Positions 53,684-64,000 of a DNA stretch of 64,000 nt are shown one piece after another. Within the stretch, counting starts at the first letter, position 1. Each line of letters opens with the position of its first letter. Origin of the DNA: Deltaproteobacteria bacterium (GTDB lineage: Bacteria > Myxococcota > JACRCW01); NCBI GenBank assembly GCA_016218805.1, contig JACRCW010000042.1:1-64000 (forward strand), read 5' to 3'. The position numbers and the translations under genes are program-made. Below the pieces are notes generated by a model that saw nothing but the letters and a program-made list of their open reading frames with translations, searched no databases and was not told the DNA's origin.

Positions 53684-55665
53684 TGGGAACTGCTTTTCGC
53701 GTGCTGGTCGTTGATGACTCTGACAGGGACACGGTCCTGCTGTTACGGGAGATTGGCCGTGGCGGATATGACGTGTCGCACGCGCGCGTGGATAGCGAGG
53801 CGGCGATGGCGGCCGCGCTGGACCGCCAGGCCTGGGATGTCATCATCTGTGACTACTCAATGCCGGGATTTGACACGCTGGCGGCCCTGGCGCTGGTGCA
53901 CGGCCGCAACCTGGACGTGCCGTTCATTGTGGTGTCCGGCACCATCAGCGACGATGCTGCCGTGGAATGCATGAAGGCGGGCGCGCACGACTTCATGCGC
54001 AAGGGCAACCTGGCCCGTCTCCGACCCGCCATCCAACGCGAGTTGCGCGACATGGCGGTCCGTGCCGAGTTCAAGCGCGCGGAGGAAGCGCTGCGGCGAG
54101 AAAGCCAGCGGAATACGGTGTTCCTGCGCAACGCGAGCGACGGCGTACACATCCTTGACGCCGCGGGAAACGTGGTGGAGGTCAGCGATTCGTTCTGTAC
54201 CATGCTCGGGTACACGCGCGATGAGCTGGTTGGCGCCAACCTGACGCTGTGGGACGCGCGGTGGTCACCGCTGGAGTTGGCGCAGGTGGTTGCCGAGCAA
54301 TTGGCCGACAATGAGCCCTCGGCATTTGAGACTCGGCACCGGCGCCGGGACGGAAGTGTCTTCGATGTTGAAGTCTCCGGCCGGGCGCTTGATTTGGATG
54401 GGCATCGGGTGTTGTTCAACTCCGCGCGGGACATCACCGCGCGCAAGCAGGCCGACGCGGCGCGCCTGGAGCTGGAAGAACAACTCCGGCTGTCGCAGAG
54501 AATGGAGGCCATTGGTGGTCTGGCCGGTGGCGTGGCGCACGACTTCAACAACCTGCTCGCCGTGATCCTCAGCTACACGGGGTTTGCGCTGGAAGATGTC
54601 CGGAAGCACAACCTTGCCACGGACGATCTCCTGGAGGTGCAGCGCGCCGCCAACCGCGCAGCGGGGCTCACCCGCCAGTTGCTTGCATTCAGCCGCAAAC
54701 AGATTCTGCAGCCGGTGCCGCTGAGCGTGAGCGAGGTGGCCGCGGGGCTGGAGAACATGCTGCGCCGCATTGTGGGCGAGGACGTTGAGCTGGTCCAAAG
54801 CCTGGCGCCCGACGTTGGCCTGACGTTGGCAGACCCCGGTCAGATTGAGCAGGTGATCATGAACCTGGTGGTCAATGCCCGGGACGCCATGCCCAACGGC
54901 GGAAGACTCACCATTGAGACCGCCAACGTGGAAATCACCGCGGAGGACGCGGCGCGCCGGGTAGCGGTACAGCCCGGCGCGTATGTGCAAGTGGTCGTGT
55001 CGGACACGGGCTGCGGCATGGGCGAGGAAACGCAGGCGCGCATCTTTGACCCGTTCTTCACCACCAAGGAGAAGGGCAAGGGGACCGGCCTGGGTCTGTC
55101 CACGGTGTACGGGATCGTCAAGCAGAGCGGCGGCGCCATCTGGGTCCACAGCGAACTGGGCCGGGGGAGCACCTTCACGGTCAGCCTGCCGCGGGACCCG
55201 TCCGCCACGGCGGCCGCGCCCATCCGGCCCTCCATGGTCACGGCGCGGTGCGCCGGAACCGAGACCATCCTGCTGGTGGAGGACGAGGAAGCGCTGCGGA
55301 AGGTTGCGCTGCGGGCCCTGGCCACCGCCGGCTACAAGGTGTTGTCCGCGGCGGACGGCAGCGAAGCGCTCCAACGCAGCGCGCAGCACGCGGGTGACAT
55401 CCACCTCCTCCTGACTGACGTGGTCATGCCGCGCATGAGCGGCCGGGAGCTGGCGCAGGTGCTCCTGCAGCAGCGCCCCACGGTGAAGGTGCTGTACATG
55501 TCCGGGTACACCGACAACGCGATTGTCCACCACGGCGTCCTGGACGCGGGGACGCGGTTGCTGGCCAAGCCGTTCACCGCGGGCGAACTGGCGTACCGGG
55601 TCCGGGAGACACTGGACGATGGCACGGCCAACGTGGCCGCCGTCCCCGACGAGGGTGGTCCCTGA
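53680..55665 (+). CDS. REC-PAS-HisKA-HATPase-REC hybrid kinase (CckA-type)
   Basis: GVAHDFNNLL, NARDAM, DTGCG, FFTTK..GTGLGL; PAS motif HRRRDG; GTGA overlap with the upstream stop. Confidence 0.93.
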   Translation: MMGTAFRVLVVDDSDRDTVLLLREIGRGGYDVSHARVDSEAAMAAALDRQAWDVIICDYSMPGFDTLAALALVHGRNLDVPFIVVSGTISDDAAVECMKAGAHDFMRKGNLARLRPAIQRELRDMAVRAEFKRAEEALRRESQRNTVFLRNASDGVHILDAAGNVVEVSDSFCTMLGYTRDELVGANLTLWDARWSPLELAQVVAEQLADNEPSAFETRHRRRDGSVFDVEVSGRALDLDGHRVLFNSARDITARKQADAARLELEEQLRLSQRMEAIGGLAGGVAHDFNNLLAVILSYTGFALEDVRKHNLATDDLLEVQRAANRAAGLTRQLLAFSRKQILQPVPLSVSEVAAGLENMLRRIVGEDVELVQSLAPDVGLTLADPGQIEQVIMNLVVNARDAMPNGGRLTIETANVEITAEDAARRVAVQPGAYVQVVVSDTGCGMGEETQARIFDPFFTTKEKGKGTGLGLSTVYGIVKQSGGAIWVHSELGRGSTFTVSLPRDPSATAAAPIRPSMVTARCAGTETILLVEDEEALRKVALRALATAGYKVLSAADGSEALQRSAQHAGDIHLLLTDVVMPRMSGRELAQVLLQQRPTVKVLYMSGYTDNAIVHHGVLDAGTRLLAKPFTAGELAYRVRETLDDGTANVAAVPDEGGP

Positions 55666-55770
55666 GCGTCCGCGCACCGGTGCATGCGCCGCCGCGGGGT
55701 GCCATGTGACCGCCGGCATTCCCCCGGTCTGGCCGCCTGCATTGGTTGTTCTTACGCGCCGCACGTGGCG

Positions 55771-56691
<921 letters not shown>

Positions 56692-56694
56692 GGG

Positions 56695-57924
56695 TCACTT
56701 GCCCGCGGGCTTCTCCTTCTCAATGAACGCCGCCACCGCCTTGTCCAGCTTCTCAAACGCCTCCTTCATCAGGTCTTCGCCCACGACGAGCGGCGGGGCC
56801 AGGCGCATGACGTGGCCGTGGATGATGTTCACCAGCACGCCGTGTTCACGCGCATAGTTGACCAGCTTGGCGCCGTCCCACTTGAGCTCCACGCCCAGCC
56901 ACATGCCACGGCCGCGGACTTCGCCCATGAACGCGGCGTGCTTCTTGGCCAGGTCCTCCAGGTGGCGGCGGAGCAGACCCGCGCGGTCCCGCACGCCGGG
57001 CAGGAAGGACGGTTCCAGCAGCACGTCCATCACCGCGTTGCCCGCGGCGCAGGCCACCGGGTTGCCGCCAAACGTGCTGGCGTGCGTCCCCGGCTGCAAC
57101 GCCTTGGAGATGTCCTCCGTCGTCAGCATGGCACCAATGGGCACCCCGTTCCCCAGTCCCTTGGCAATGGTGATGATGTCCGGGACCATGTCCTCCTGCT
57201 GGTAGGCGAACAGCGTGCCCGTGCGCCCTATGCCGGATTGGATCTCATCCAGGATGAGCAGGCAGCCCACCTCGCGCGTGAGCTGGCGGACCTGCTTGAG
57301 GTACCCGGGCGACGGGACGATGAGGCCGCCCTCGCCCTGGATGGGTTCCAGCAGCACCGCCGCGGTGCGCGGCCCCACGTGCCGGGCCAGCGCTTCAATG
57401 TCATTGAAGGGCACGTAGCGGAAGCCGGGGACCAACGGTTCAAACCCCGCGCGGTACTTCTCCTGGCCCGTGGCCGTGACGGTGGCAAACGTGCGCCCGT
57501 GGAAGCTGTTGTGCGCGGTGACAAACTCAAAGCGGCCCTCGCCGCGGTCATGGAAGTACTTCCGGGCCGCCTTCAGCGCGGCCTCGTTGGCCTCCGCGCC
57601 GCTGTTGGCAAAGAACACCCGCTCGGCAAAGCTGTTGGCGCAGAGCTTTTCCGCGAGTTCAATGGCCGGCGTGGTGGCGTACAGGTTGGACGCGTGGATG
57701 AGCTTGCGCGCCTGCTTCTCAATGGCCTCCACCACGCGGGGGTGCGCGTGGCCCAGGCCGGTGACCGCAAGCCCGCCAAGCAGGTCAATGTAGCGGTTGC
57801 CGTCAACGTCCCAGACCAGCGCGCCGTCACCGTGGTCCAGGACCACGGGCTGGGGGTTGATGCAGTGCAGCAGGCGCTTGCGGCCGCGCGCCAGGATATC
57901 CGCCGTGGATGCGAGGGTGCTCAT
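56695..57924 (-). CDS. argD: Acetylornithine aminotransferase (class III PLP)
   Basis: NSGAEANE, SFHGRT, EPIQGEGG, DEIQSGIGRTG, AKGLG, HASTFGGNP; adjacent to argF. Confidence 0.93.
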   Translation of the reverse strand: MSTLASTADILARGRKRLLHCINPQPVVLDHGDGALVWDVDGNRYIDLLGGLAVTGLGHAHPRVVEAIEKQARKLIHASNLYATTPAIELAEKLCANSFAERVFFANSGAEANEAALKAARKYFHDRGEGRFEFVTAHNSFHGRTFATVTATGQEKYRAGFEPLVPGFRYVPFNDIEALARHVGPRTAAVLLEPIQGEGGLIVPSPGYLKQVRQLTREVGCLLILDEIQSGIGRTGTLFAYQQEDMVPDIITIAKGLGNGVPIGAMLTTEDISKALQPGTHASTFGGNPVACAAGNAVMDVLLEPSFLPGVRDRAGLLRRHLEDLAKKHAAFMGEVRGRGMWLGVELKWDGAKLVNYAREHGVLVNIIHGHVMRLAPPLVVGEDLMKEAFEKLDKAVAAFIEKEKPAGK

Positions 57925-57983
57925 GGACGGGAACTTCCGACGACGCCGTGGTGAAGTCAACGACGTGGCGGGCCGCCCGTGTG

Positions 57984-58517
57984 TCAGTTGGTCTGCCCGG
58001 GCAGGAACCCCTGGCAGTTGCGGGCGCGGCAGGAGGTGTCGGTCGCGGTGAAGTTGCACTGCATATCGGTGATCTGGACGCGCGCGCAGATGTCGTCACA
58101 CGTCTGGGACGCAAAGGTCTGGTCGCACAGGTCCTCGTCGGGGAGGCAGGTGTATTGCGAGGTGCACGTGTGGCAGCAGGTGGTGGTCTGGTTGTTGACG
58201 GTGATGTTGTGCGCGCAGTTGCACGTCTTTGCGCAGTCCTCGCTCCGGCCGCACTTCTTGCTCCCGCACAGGCCCTTGGAGCTGTATTTCTCGCAGAAGT
58301 CCTCAGGCACCTGGCAGATGGGCGTCTCTTCCAGCTCACAGAACGTGTTCACGCATTCCAGGCCAACGATGCAGTTCTTGCCATCCGGGCACGGGCAGCT
58401 CTTGACGCAGTCTGCGTTGGAGGCGCAGCGGCTGACACATCCCGTCTGGGTGAACAGGGCCAGCAGGGGGATGGCCACGGCCAGGGCCCCGATCCACGAG
58501 CGAAGCGAGCGCATCAT
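57984..58517 (-). CDS. Cys-rich lipoprotein (25 Cys in about 155 mature aa)
   Basis: Signal peptide ending QTGC; GGAG RBS; internal repeat CASNADCVKSCPC / CGRSEDCAKTCNC. Confidence 0.8.
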   Translation of the reverse strand: MMRSLRSWIGALAVAIPLLALFTQTGCVSRCASNADCVKSCPCPDGKNCIVGLECVNTFCELEETPICQVPEDFCEKYSSKGLCGSKKCGRSEDCAKTCNCAHNITVNNQTTTCCHTCTSQYTCLPDEDLCDQTFASQTCDDICARVQITDMQCNFTATDTSCRARNCQGFLPGQTN

Positions 58518-58571
58518 GCCGTCTCCATACCAGAGGCCGCCGGTGCGGCCCAAGCAGCGCGGGGTGTGAGG

Positions 58572-60104
58572 TCAGTCCCCGGCCGCGGCCCGCTCCAGGA
58601 TGCTCCCGCCGCGCACCAGTTCATCCATGGCGCCCAGGTCCGTCATCAGCAGGCGGTCCTCATCCAGGTGCGGCACGCGCGTGCGCACCAGCGCGTGCAC
58701 CCGCGCCACGCCGCGGCCCGGCTTGAGCGGCGCGCGCATGTCCAGCGCCTGCGCGGCCACCATCAGCTCAATGCCCAGCACGCGCCGCACGTTCTCCACC
58801 ACCTGCACCGCCTTGAGCGCGCTGGTCATGCCCATGGAAACGTGGTCCTCGCGGTTGGCTGAGGACGGGATGGAATCCACGCTGGCGGGGTGGCACAGGA
58901 CTTTGTTCTCGTTGATGAGCGCGGCGGCGGTGACCTGGCAGATCATGAAGCCGCTGTTGATGCCGCTGTTCTTGACCAGGAATGCGGGCAATCCGGACAG
59001 CGCGGGGTTGACCAGTTGTTCAATGCGGCGCTCGCTGATGTTGGCCAGTTCCGCCACGGCAATGGCCAGGAAGTCCAGCGCCAGCGCCAGGGGCTGCCCG
59101 TGGAAGTTGCCGCCGGAGATGACGTCGCGGTCCTCTTCAAACACCAGCGGGTTGTCCGTGGCGGAGTTGACCTCCACTTCCAGCGTGCGGCGCACGTGCG
59201 CCAGCGCGTCACGCGTGGCGCCGTGGACCTGCGGAATGCACCGCAGCGAATACGGGTCCTGCACCTTGTGACAGTCCGCGTGCGCCGGTGCGATCTCGCT
59301 GCCCTGCAGCAAGGCACGGACGTGCTCCGCCACGCGCGCCTGGCCCGGGTGCGGGCGCACGGCCTGGATGCGCGGGTCAAACGGGCGGTGGCTGCCCATC
59401 AGTCCCTCAACGGTGGTCGCCCCGGAGATATCCGCGAGTTCGCACAAGCGCTCCGCGTCCAGCAGGGTCAGCGTGCCCACGGCGCCCATGGCCTGCGTGC
59501 CGTTGACCAGCGCCAGGCCCTCCTTGGCCTGCAACACCAGCGGCTGCAGCCCGGCCTTCTCCAGCGCGGCGCGGGCGGTGATCGTCGTGACCATGCCGGG
59601 AGCCTGCTCCACCAGCGCGTTGCCCTCGCCCAGCAGCAGCAGCGTGGCGTGCGCCAACGGCGCCAGGTCACCGGACGCGCCCACGCTGCCGCGCGCGGGC
59701 ACGTACGGGGCAATGCCCGCATCCAGCAGCTTGCAGATGGCGTCCGCGACAAGGGGACGCACGCCCGCGCGGCCGGTGCACAGCACATTGAGACGCAGCA
59801 CCATCATGGCGCGCGCGGCGTCAAACGGCAGCGGCGCGCCGACGCCGACGGCGTGGGAGAGGATCAGGTGGCGCTGCAGCGTGAGCAGCTCGCTTGTAGG
59901 GATGGAGACTTCCGCCAGCGCACCAAAGCCGGTGTTGATGCCGTACGCAGGCTTCCCGCTGGTGGCAATGGACTCCACGTACGCGCGGCTGCGGGCCATG
60001 CGCTCACGCGCGGCGGGGTGCACTTCCACGCGCCGGCCGCGGCGGGCCACGTCTTCAATGTCAGAAAGCCGGAGTCCTTCACCGGCAACAAGCAACGTCT
60101 CCAT
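58572..60104 (-). CDS. hutH: Histidine ammonia-lyase
   Basis: [20 protein letters not shown] (MIO), [33 protein letters not shown]. Confidence 0.95.
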   Translation of the reverse strand: METLLVAGEGLRLSDIEDVARRGRRVEVHPAARERMARSRAYVESIATSGKPAYGINTGFGALAEVSIPTSELLTLQRHLILSHAVGVGAPLPFDAARAMMVLRLNVLCTGRAGVRPLVADAICKLLDAGIAPYVPARGSVGASGDLAPLAHATLLLLGEGNALVEQAPGMVTTITARAALEKAGLQPLVLQAKEGLALVNGTQAMGAVGTLTLLDAERLCELADISGATTVEGLMGSHRPFDPRIQAVRPHPGQARVAEHVRALLQGSEIAPAHADCHKVQDPYSLRCIPQVHGATRDALAHVRRTLEVEVNSATDNPLVFEEDRDVISGGNFHGQPLALALDFLAIAVAELANISERRIEQLVNPALSGLPAFLVKNSGINSGFMICQVTAAALINENKVLCHPASVDSIPSSANREDHVSMGMTSALKAVQVVENVRRVLGIELMVAAQALDMRAPLKPGRGVARVHALVRTRVPHLDEDRLLMTDLGAMDELVRGGSILERAAAGD

Positions 60105-60164
60105 CACGGCACCTCCGCCCGACAGGGCTGCCGGGCGGCGGCTCCTTAGCACGCCGGTACGGGC

Positions 60165-60866
60165 ATGCGCGTTGCACACGTGGGACGCGTGCTCGGCATA
60201 GCGCTCTCCGCGGTGTTGTGGGTCGGTGCCGCCGGGCCGCGCCCGCCACCGGACCCCGCGGCGCACCCGGCCAGCATGGCGCCTGAGTGGGAAGTGATCG
60301 TCGTGGCGGTCCGCGGAGCTGCGGGTGGAGTCCTGGCCATTCCCGCGGGCGCGGTGGCCGGCGTGTTGTGCTCAACGATCCTGGTGTTGCCGTTTGTCGC
60401 CGTCGCCACACTGCCTGTGCCGCCGCTGATATCAACCGCGATCCTGGTCAGCGTGCTGCTGATGCCCGCGCTGTGCGCGGTGGCCGGAGGGTTTGCGGGC
60501 TACGCGGTGGCACGCGCTGTGCTCGGCGTGTTGACGCCGCGTTTCACACCGCCGCGGACGCTGCGGGAGTTCGTGCGTGCCATCTCGTTCGTCGGAACGG
60601 ATGCCGCCTGTCACGGGCCGCTTCTGCTGCTGGTGGGCCCGGCGGTCTTGGTTGCCGTCGGCGGCGTCGTTGGAGCGCGGCTCGCCTACCTATTCACGGG
60701 CACCGGCATTCCCTCCAGCGGGCACACGGAATCCTTCTTCGTCCTCGTGAGCGCCGCCGCCGCCGGCGTGGTCGCGCTGTGGCTGGTGGCGCCCTTCGCC
60801 GGAGTCGCCGGGGCCACCGCGCCGTGGGTCTCCGCGCTGATCGCGGAAAGGACGGTCTCGCCGTGA
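60165..60866 (+). CDS. Hypothetical multi-pass membrane protein
   Basis: Signal-like N-terminus, Pro-rich linker, 4-5 hydrophobic helices; coupled to the next gene. Confidence 0.6.
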   Translation: MRVAHVGRVLGIALSAVLWVGAAGPRPPPDPAAHPASMAPEWEVIVVAVRGAAGGVLAIPAGAVAGVLCSTILVLPFVAVATLPVPPLISTAILVSVLLMPALCAVAGGFAGYAVARAVLGVLTPRFTPPRTLREFVRAISFVGTDAACHGPLLLLVGPAVLVAVGGVVGARLAYLFTGTGIPSSGHTESFFVLVSAAAAGVVALWLVAPFAGVAGATAPWVSALIAERTVSP

Positions 60867-61690
60867 TGTGGGCAATCCCCGCTCTTCTCCTCGCGCTTGG
60901 GGCTGCCGAGCCGGACGCGCCACCGCAGGACGCCACCCCCATCACGGCGCCGGAGACGGCGCCGCACCGGGATGCAGACCATCCCCTGTGGTCCCGTTCC
61001 CTGCGCATGCTCCCGCAGCTCGCCGCCGCCGCAGGCCTCACTGCGCTGTGGTTTGTCGTCGCGCCGGCGGTGCTCCTCGGCGGTCTGGCGGGCCTGGCGT
61101 TGGGGGGCGGCCTGTTGCTCGGCCCAACCTTCCTCCTCACCTACGCGTACCTGCTCTTCTACGGCGTGTACTACTTCAGCGGGCCCGTCGCCGCCGTGCA
61201 CGTGCTGGCCTACGTGGCGGCGCAGACGCTGCTGGGATGGCTTGCGGGCACGGACCGCCGAGGCCTGGGCCTCTTGCGGCTGCCCGTACGGGCAGCTTCC
61301 GTAGGCGCCGCGGGAATTGCCGTTGGGGCGGTGTCGCTGGTGGAGGCCGCCGCGCTTGGCGTGGTGCTGACGGCCGTGGCCGGTGCGTCCCTGCTCATCA
61401 TGCCGCGCGTCTGGCTGGTTTGGTACCCGCAGTCGGAAGCTGGCAATCCCGACGACGGTGGGCGCCTCCCCCGCGCCTGGCTCGCCGCGACATGCAACGT
61501 GCTGGCCTGCGCGGTGCCCTGCACCGCAACGTTCCTGCCACCGCTGCTGGCGCACAACGCGCTGCTGGCACACCCGCCAGCCATGCTCGGCGCCGTCGCG
61601 GCGGAGGACTTTGTGATTGCCCAGTTCCCGCGGACCGCTAAACGCAAGCGGGTGCATCCACGCCTGGATGACGACGAGGAGGACCGATGA
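60866..61690 (+). CDS. Hypothetical multi-pass membrane protein
   Basis: TGATG coupling; [14 protein letters not shown], Pro-rich linker, several TM helices. Confidence 0.62.
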   Translation: MWAIPALLLALGAAEPDAPPQDATPITAPETAPHRDADHPLWSRSLRMLPQLAAAAGLTALWFVVAPAVLLGGLAGLALGGGLLLGPTFLLTYAYLLFYGVYYFSGPVAAVHVLAYVAAQTLLGWLAGTDRRGLGLLRLPVRAASVGAAGIAVGAVSLVEAAALGVVLTAVAGASLLIMPRVWLVWYPQSEAGNPDDGGRLPRAWLAATCNVLACAVPCTATFLPPLLAHNALLAHPPAMLGAVAAEDFVIAQFPRTAKRKRVHPRLDDDEEDR

Positions 61691-61899
61691 ACACCCTGCG
61701 GTGCGCGCTGATGCTCCTGAGCCTGGGCCCGCTGGCCGGCTGCGTGGCGGGCACGCCCGACCCGTGCATGAACCTGTGCTGCACCGGGTGCGCCTGTTGT
61801 GACTCCGCGGAACTGACGCTGGAGCGGGTGCAGCCCTACTGTGCGCGCCCGGGCGAAAAGTGCCCGCCGGGTGACGCGGGTGTCTCCGACGTCCGTTGA
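61687..61899 (+). CDS. Small Cys-rich lipoprotein, 70 aa
   Basis: ATGA overlap, GGAGG RBS, lipobox LAGC, CMNLCCTGCACC..YC..KC. Confidence 0.7.
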   Translation: MNTLRCALMLLSLGPLAGCVAGTPDPCMNLCCTGCACCDSAELTLERVQPYCARPGEKCPPGDAGVSDVR

Positions 61900-62693
61900 G
61901 CCCGCCGCAGCATCCACCACCGCACGCCCACGAGCACCGGGAACAGCAGCAACGACAACACCTGTGACGTCGACACGCGCCCGCCGAACCACGTCCCGCG
62001 TTCGGCATCACCCCGCACCAGTTCCAGCAGCGGCCGCGCCACGGTGTACGCAAGGGCCACGGCGATGAACACCTCGCCGGGGAAGCGGCGCTGGCGCCAT
62101 GCGAGCGGGACGTACAGCAACGCCACGGCCCAGAAGGCCGCCTCGTAGAGCTGCACCGGGTGCACCGGCACGCCGGCGGACGGGTGTCCCTCCGGGAAGA
62201 TGACGGCGGTGGGCCACGTGGTGGGTGTGCCGTGACAGCAGCCCGCTAGGAAACACCCGGCCCGCCCGATGATCATCCCCAGCGCCATCCCAGGCGCCGT
62301 GCAGTCAAACCCCGCGCCGATCCGGTCCAGCCGCCGGAGCCGTGCAAAGGCCAGCATGTTGACGACGACAAGGACGCAGCCGCCGTAGAAGACGAAACCG
62401 GGCTCGGTGATTCTTGCCCAATGCCAGGGGTCAGCCCGCAGCAGTTCCACGGCGGAGTGCACCACCACCCCGCCCAGCACGTGGCCGTCCGCTTCCAGCA
62501 GCGTGTGGAACAGCTTGGCGCCTAGCAGGCCGCTGGCAACAAAGACCAGGCTGCCGTCCAGCAGGTCCCGCGTGCGCCGGCCGTCATGCCGGCCCAGTGT
62601 CACCGCCAGTCCCAGGCCCGCGGCGTACCCGGCCATGTGGAACAGCGCATAGGTGGACAGGATCAGCGGCCCAAGCCGCACCAGCGGATGCAT
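61836..62693 (-). CDS. lgt: Prolipoprotein diacylglyceryl transferase family (GCCxG subtype)
   Basis: MHP..LGP, GAKL, GFVFYGG, GRAGCFLAGCCHG, HPVQLYE, RPLLELVRGD. Confidence 0.88.
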   Translation of the reverse strand: MHPLVRLGPLILSTYALFHMAGYAAGLGLAVTLGRHDGRRTRDLLDGSLVFVASGLLGAKLFHTLLEADGHVLGGVVVHSAVELLRADPWHWARITEPGFVFYGGCVLVVVNMLAFARLRRLDRIGAGFDCTAPGMALGMIIGRAGCFLAGCCHGTPTTWPTAVIFPEGHPSAGVPVHPVQLYEAAFWAVALLYVPLAWRQRRFPGEVFIAVALAYTVARPLLELVRGDAERGTWFGGRVSTSQVLSLLLFPVLVGVRWWMLRRAQRTSETPASPGGHFSPGRAQ

Positions 62694-62697
62694 GGGA

Positions 62698-64000
62698 TCA
62701 CATGGGTCCGCACGCGGTGCGGCGCGCGCGCCGTCCCAACGCCAGCGCCGCCCACACGCCCAGGACCAGCGCCAGGCCCACCCACGGGGGCTGCCGCGGC
62801 GGCGAACATTCGCAGCCTGACGCGCCACTGCCCCCGCTGCCCCCCGTCGTCGGCCCCAGGGACGCCATGGAGCCATCGCCGCCCATGCGCCCTTCGTCGG
62901 TGCGCGTCCCCTGCACGGGTTCCACGGCAACACCGGCGGGGTCACGCGCCGGCCGCGCAATGTTGTACTGGGCGTACATCCCCGGGAACTCCAGGGCGAG
63001 CAGCGCGGAGTAGCGGGTCACAATCCCGTAGGTGCGCGCCAGCACCACGGCGGCCTCCAGGCGCGCCGGCGTCTCGCCCAGGACGTCCACCTCGCGTTCC
63101 AGTTCATCCGCCCAGGACTTGGCCATCAGCGCCGGCACCGCCAGGTGCGCACCGGAGGCCCCGCCCGCCAGCAGGCGCGCGCTGTCCACATGCTCCACGG
63201 CATGCCCATCCCGGTCCGTCCCGTTCAACCGCAATTCCAGCGTTTCACCAGCCGCGGACCGGATCCCCAGGGTCAGAACGCTGCCGGGCAGAATCCGCGG
63301 GATTCCCAGATCCATGGTGGACCCGGCGGCATCATCCACGGCAAGCCGCGCGTTCCCCACGCCGTCACGCCGGACCTGCTGGAACATGGCGAGGAATTGC
63401 CCCGGAATGGCGCCGTCCTCCAGCGCAAACGTGGAAATACCGGCAAAACGCTCAGTCAACGCACTGATGAGACGCTGGTTGAGGTCCGCGCCAATCCCAA
63501 GCGCAAACAGGCGTGCCGGACGCCCGGCGCGCGCCTGCGCCTCCTCCAGCGCGTTGATGAGGTCCCCGCTGGATTGCGGCCCCGCGTTGGGGTTGCCATC
63601 CGTGACCAGCACCAGGTCAATGGGACGGCCGGAGTTCTCCGTCGCTGCAATGTCCATGGCGCGGTCCAGGCCGGCGCCCAGGTTGGTGCCCCCCAGCGCG
63701 CGCAGTCCGTTCAGGAACTGCTTGCCCTCGTCGCGCTCGGCCGCGTCATACATCCGTCCCAGCGGCGCGCCCGGGAGCGCCGAGGTGTCCACGCAACCAC
63801 CCAGCCCCACCTGCGGAGCGCCTGCCGCCGCCGTGGCGTCAGAAAACGCCACCACACTAAACCGCTCGCCGTCCTCCAGGTTGTCCAGCGCGCGCCCAAT
63901 CACGTCCACGGATTGCGCGAGTTTGTTCCCGGACATGGACCCGGACACGTCCAGGATGAACACCACCTCGCGTTTCTCCAACTGCTCCGGGCCCAGGTCC
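62698..64000 (-). CDS. vWA-domain (VIT/vWA-like) protein with MYXO-CTERM tail; 5' end outside the window
   Basis: MIDAS DVSGSM, GGTNL, LVTDG, FALGIG, IVTRYSALLAL; GCEC-TM-RRARR tail; frame is open at the window edge. Confidence 0.85.
   Translation of the reverse strand, partial: DLGPEQLEKREVVFILDVSGSMSGNKLAQSVDVIGRALDNLEDGERFSVVAFSDATAAAGAPQVGLGGCVDTSALPGAPLGRMYDAAERDEGKQFLNGLRALGGTNLGAGLDRAMDIAATENSGRPIDLVLVTDGNPNAGPQSSGDLINALEEAQARAGRPARLFALGIGADLNQRLISALTERFAGISTFALEDGAIPGQFLAMFQQVRRDGVGNARLAVDDAAGSTMDLGIPRILPGSVLTLGIRSAAGETLELRLNGTDRDGHAVEHVDSARLLAGGASGAHLAVPALMAKSWADELEREVDVLGETPARLEAAVVLARTYGIVTRYSALLALEFPGMYAQYNIARPARDPAGVAVEPVQGTRTDEGRMGGDGSMASLGPTTGGSGGSGASGCECSPPRQPPWVGLALVLGVWAALALGRRARRTACGPM

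Overview
High-GC bacterial chromosomal window, almost certainly Myxococcota-like: it has two MYXO-CTERM-type sorting tails, Cys-rich lipoproteins and a GspE-N/MshEN-domain protein. About 39 CDSs are supported. Housekeeping and metabolic genes include an acyl-CoA ligase, an APC-USP transporter, fabZ-lpxA, asparaginase, a fused spermidine synthase, a DHH phosphoesterase, plsB, alpha-2-macroglobulin, an enoyl-CoA hydratase, argF/argD, hutH and an lgt-family gene. There are also a class II Fic protein, a ~2550-aa Ig-repeat surface protein and a 12-kb poly-HAMP kinase/CheR/CheB signalling cluster. I recognised no tRNA, rRNA, CRISPR array or transposase. The best candidate for an undescribed system is the operon at 5690-10459. 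Two adjacent exported proteins share a paralogous C-terminal domain that reads like a single ('half') TolC/OEP repeat; one is fused to a beta-propeller and the other to a ComEA-type helix-hairpin-helix DNA-binding domain. An Ig-like + lamin-tail-domain lipoprotein follows. This suggests an outer-membrane channel coupled to DNA binding. Other highlights are a bacterial homologue of the eukaryotic actin-maturation protease (ACTMAP/C19orf54), a catalytically degenerate glutamine-synthetase-fold protein behind lpxA, palindromic REP-type elements in frame at the 5' ends of two lipoprotein genes, a 22-bp hairpin tandem repeat and strong TCG/CGA avoidance at codon junctions. All calls are by eye from motifs; no database searches were run.
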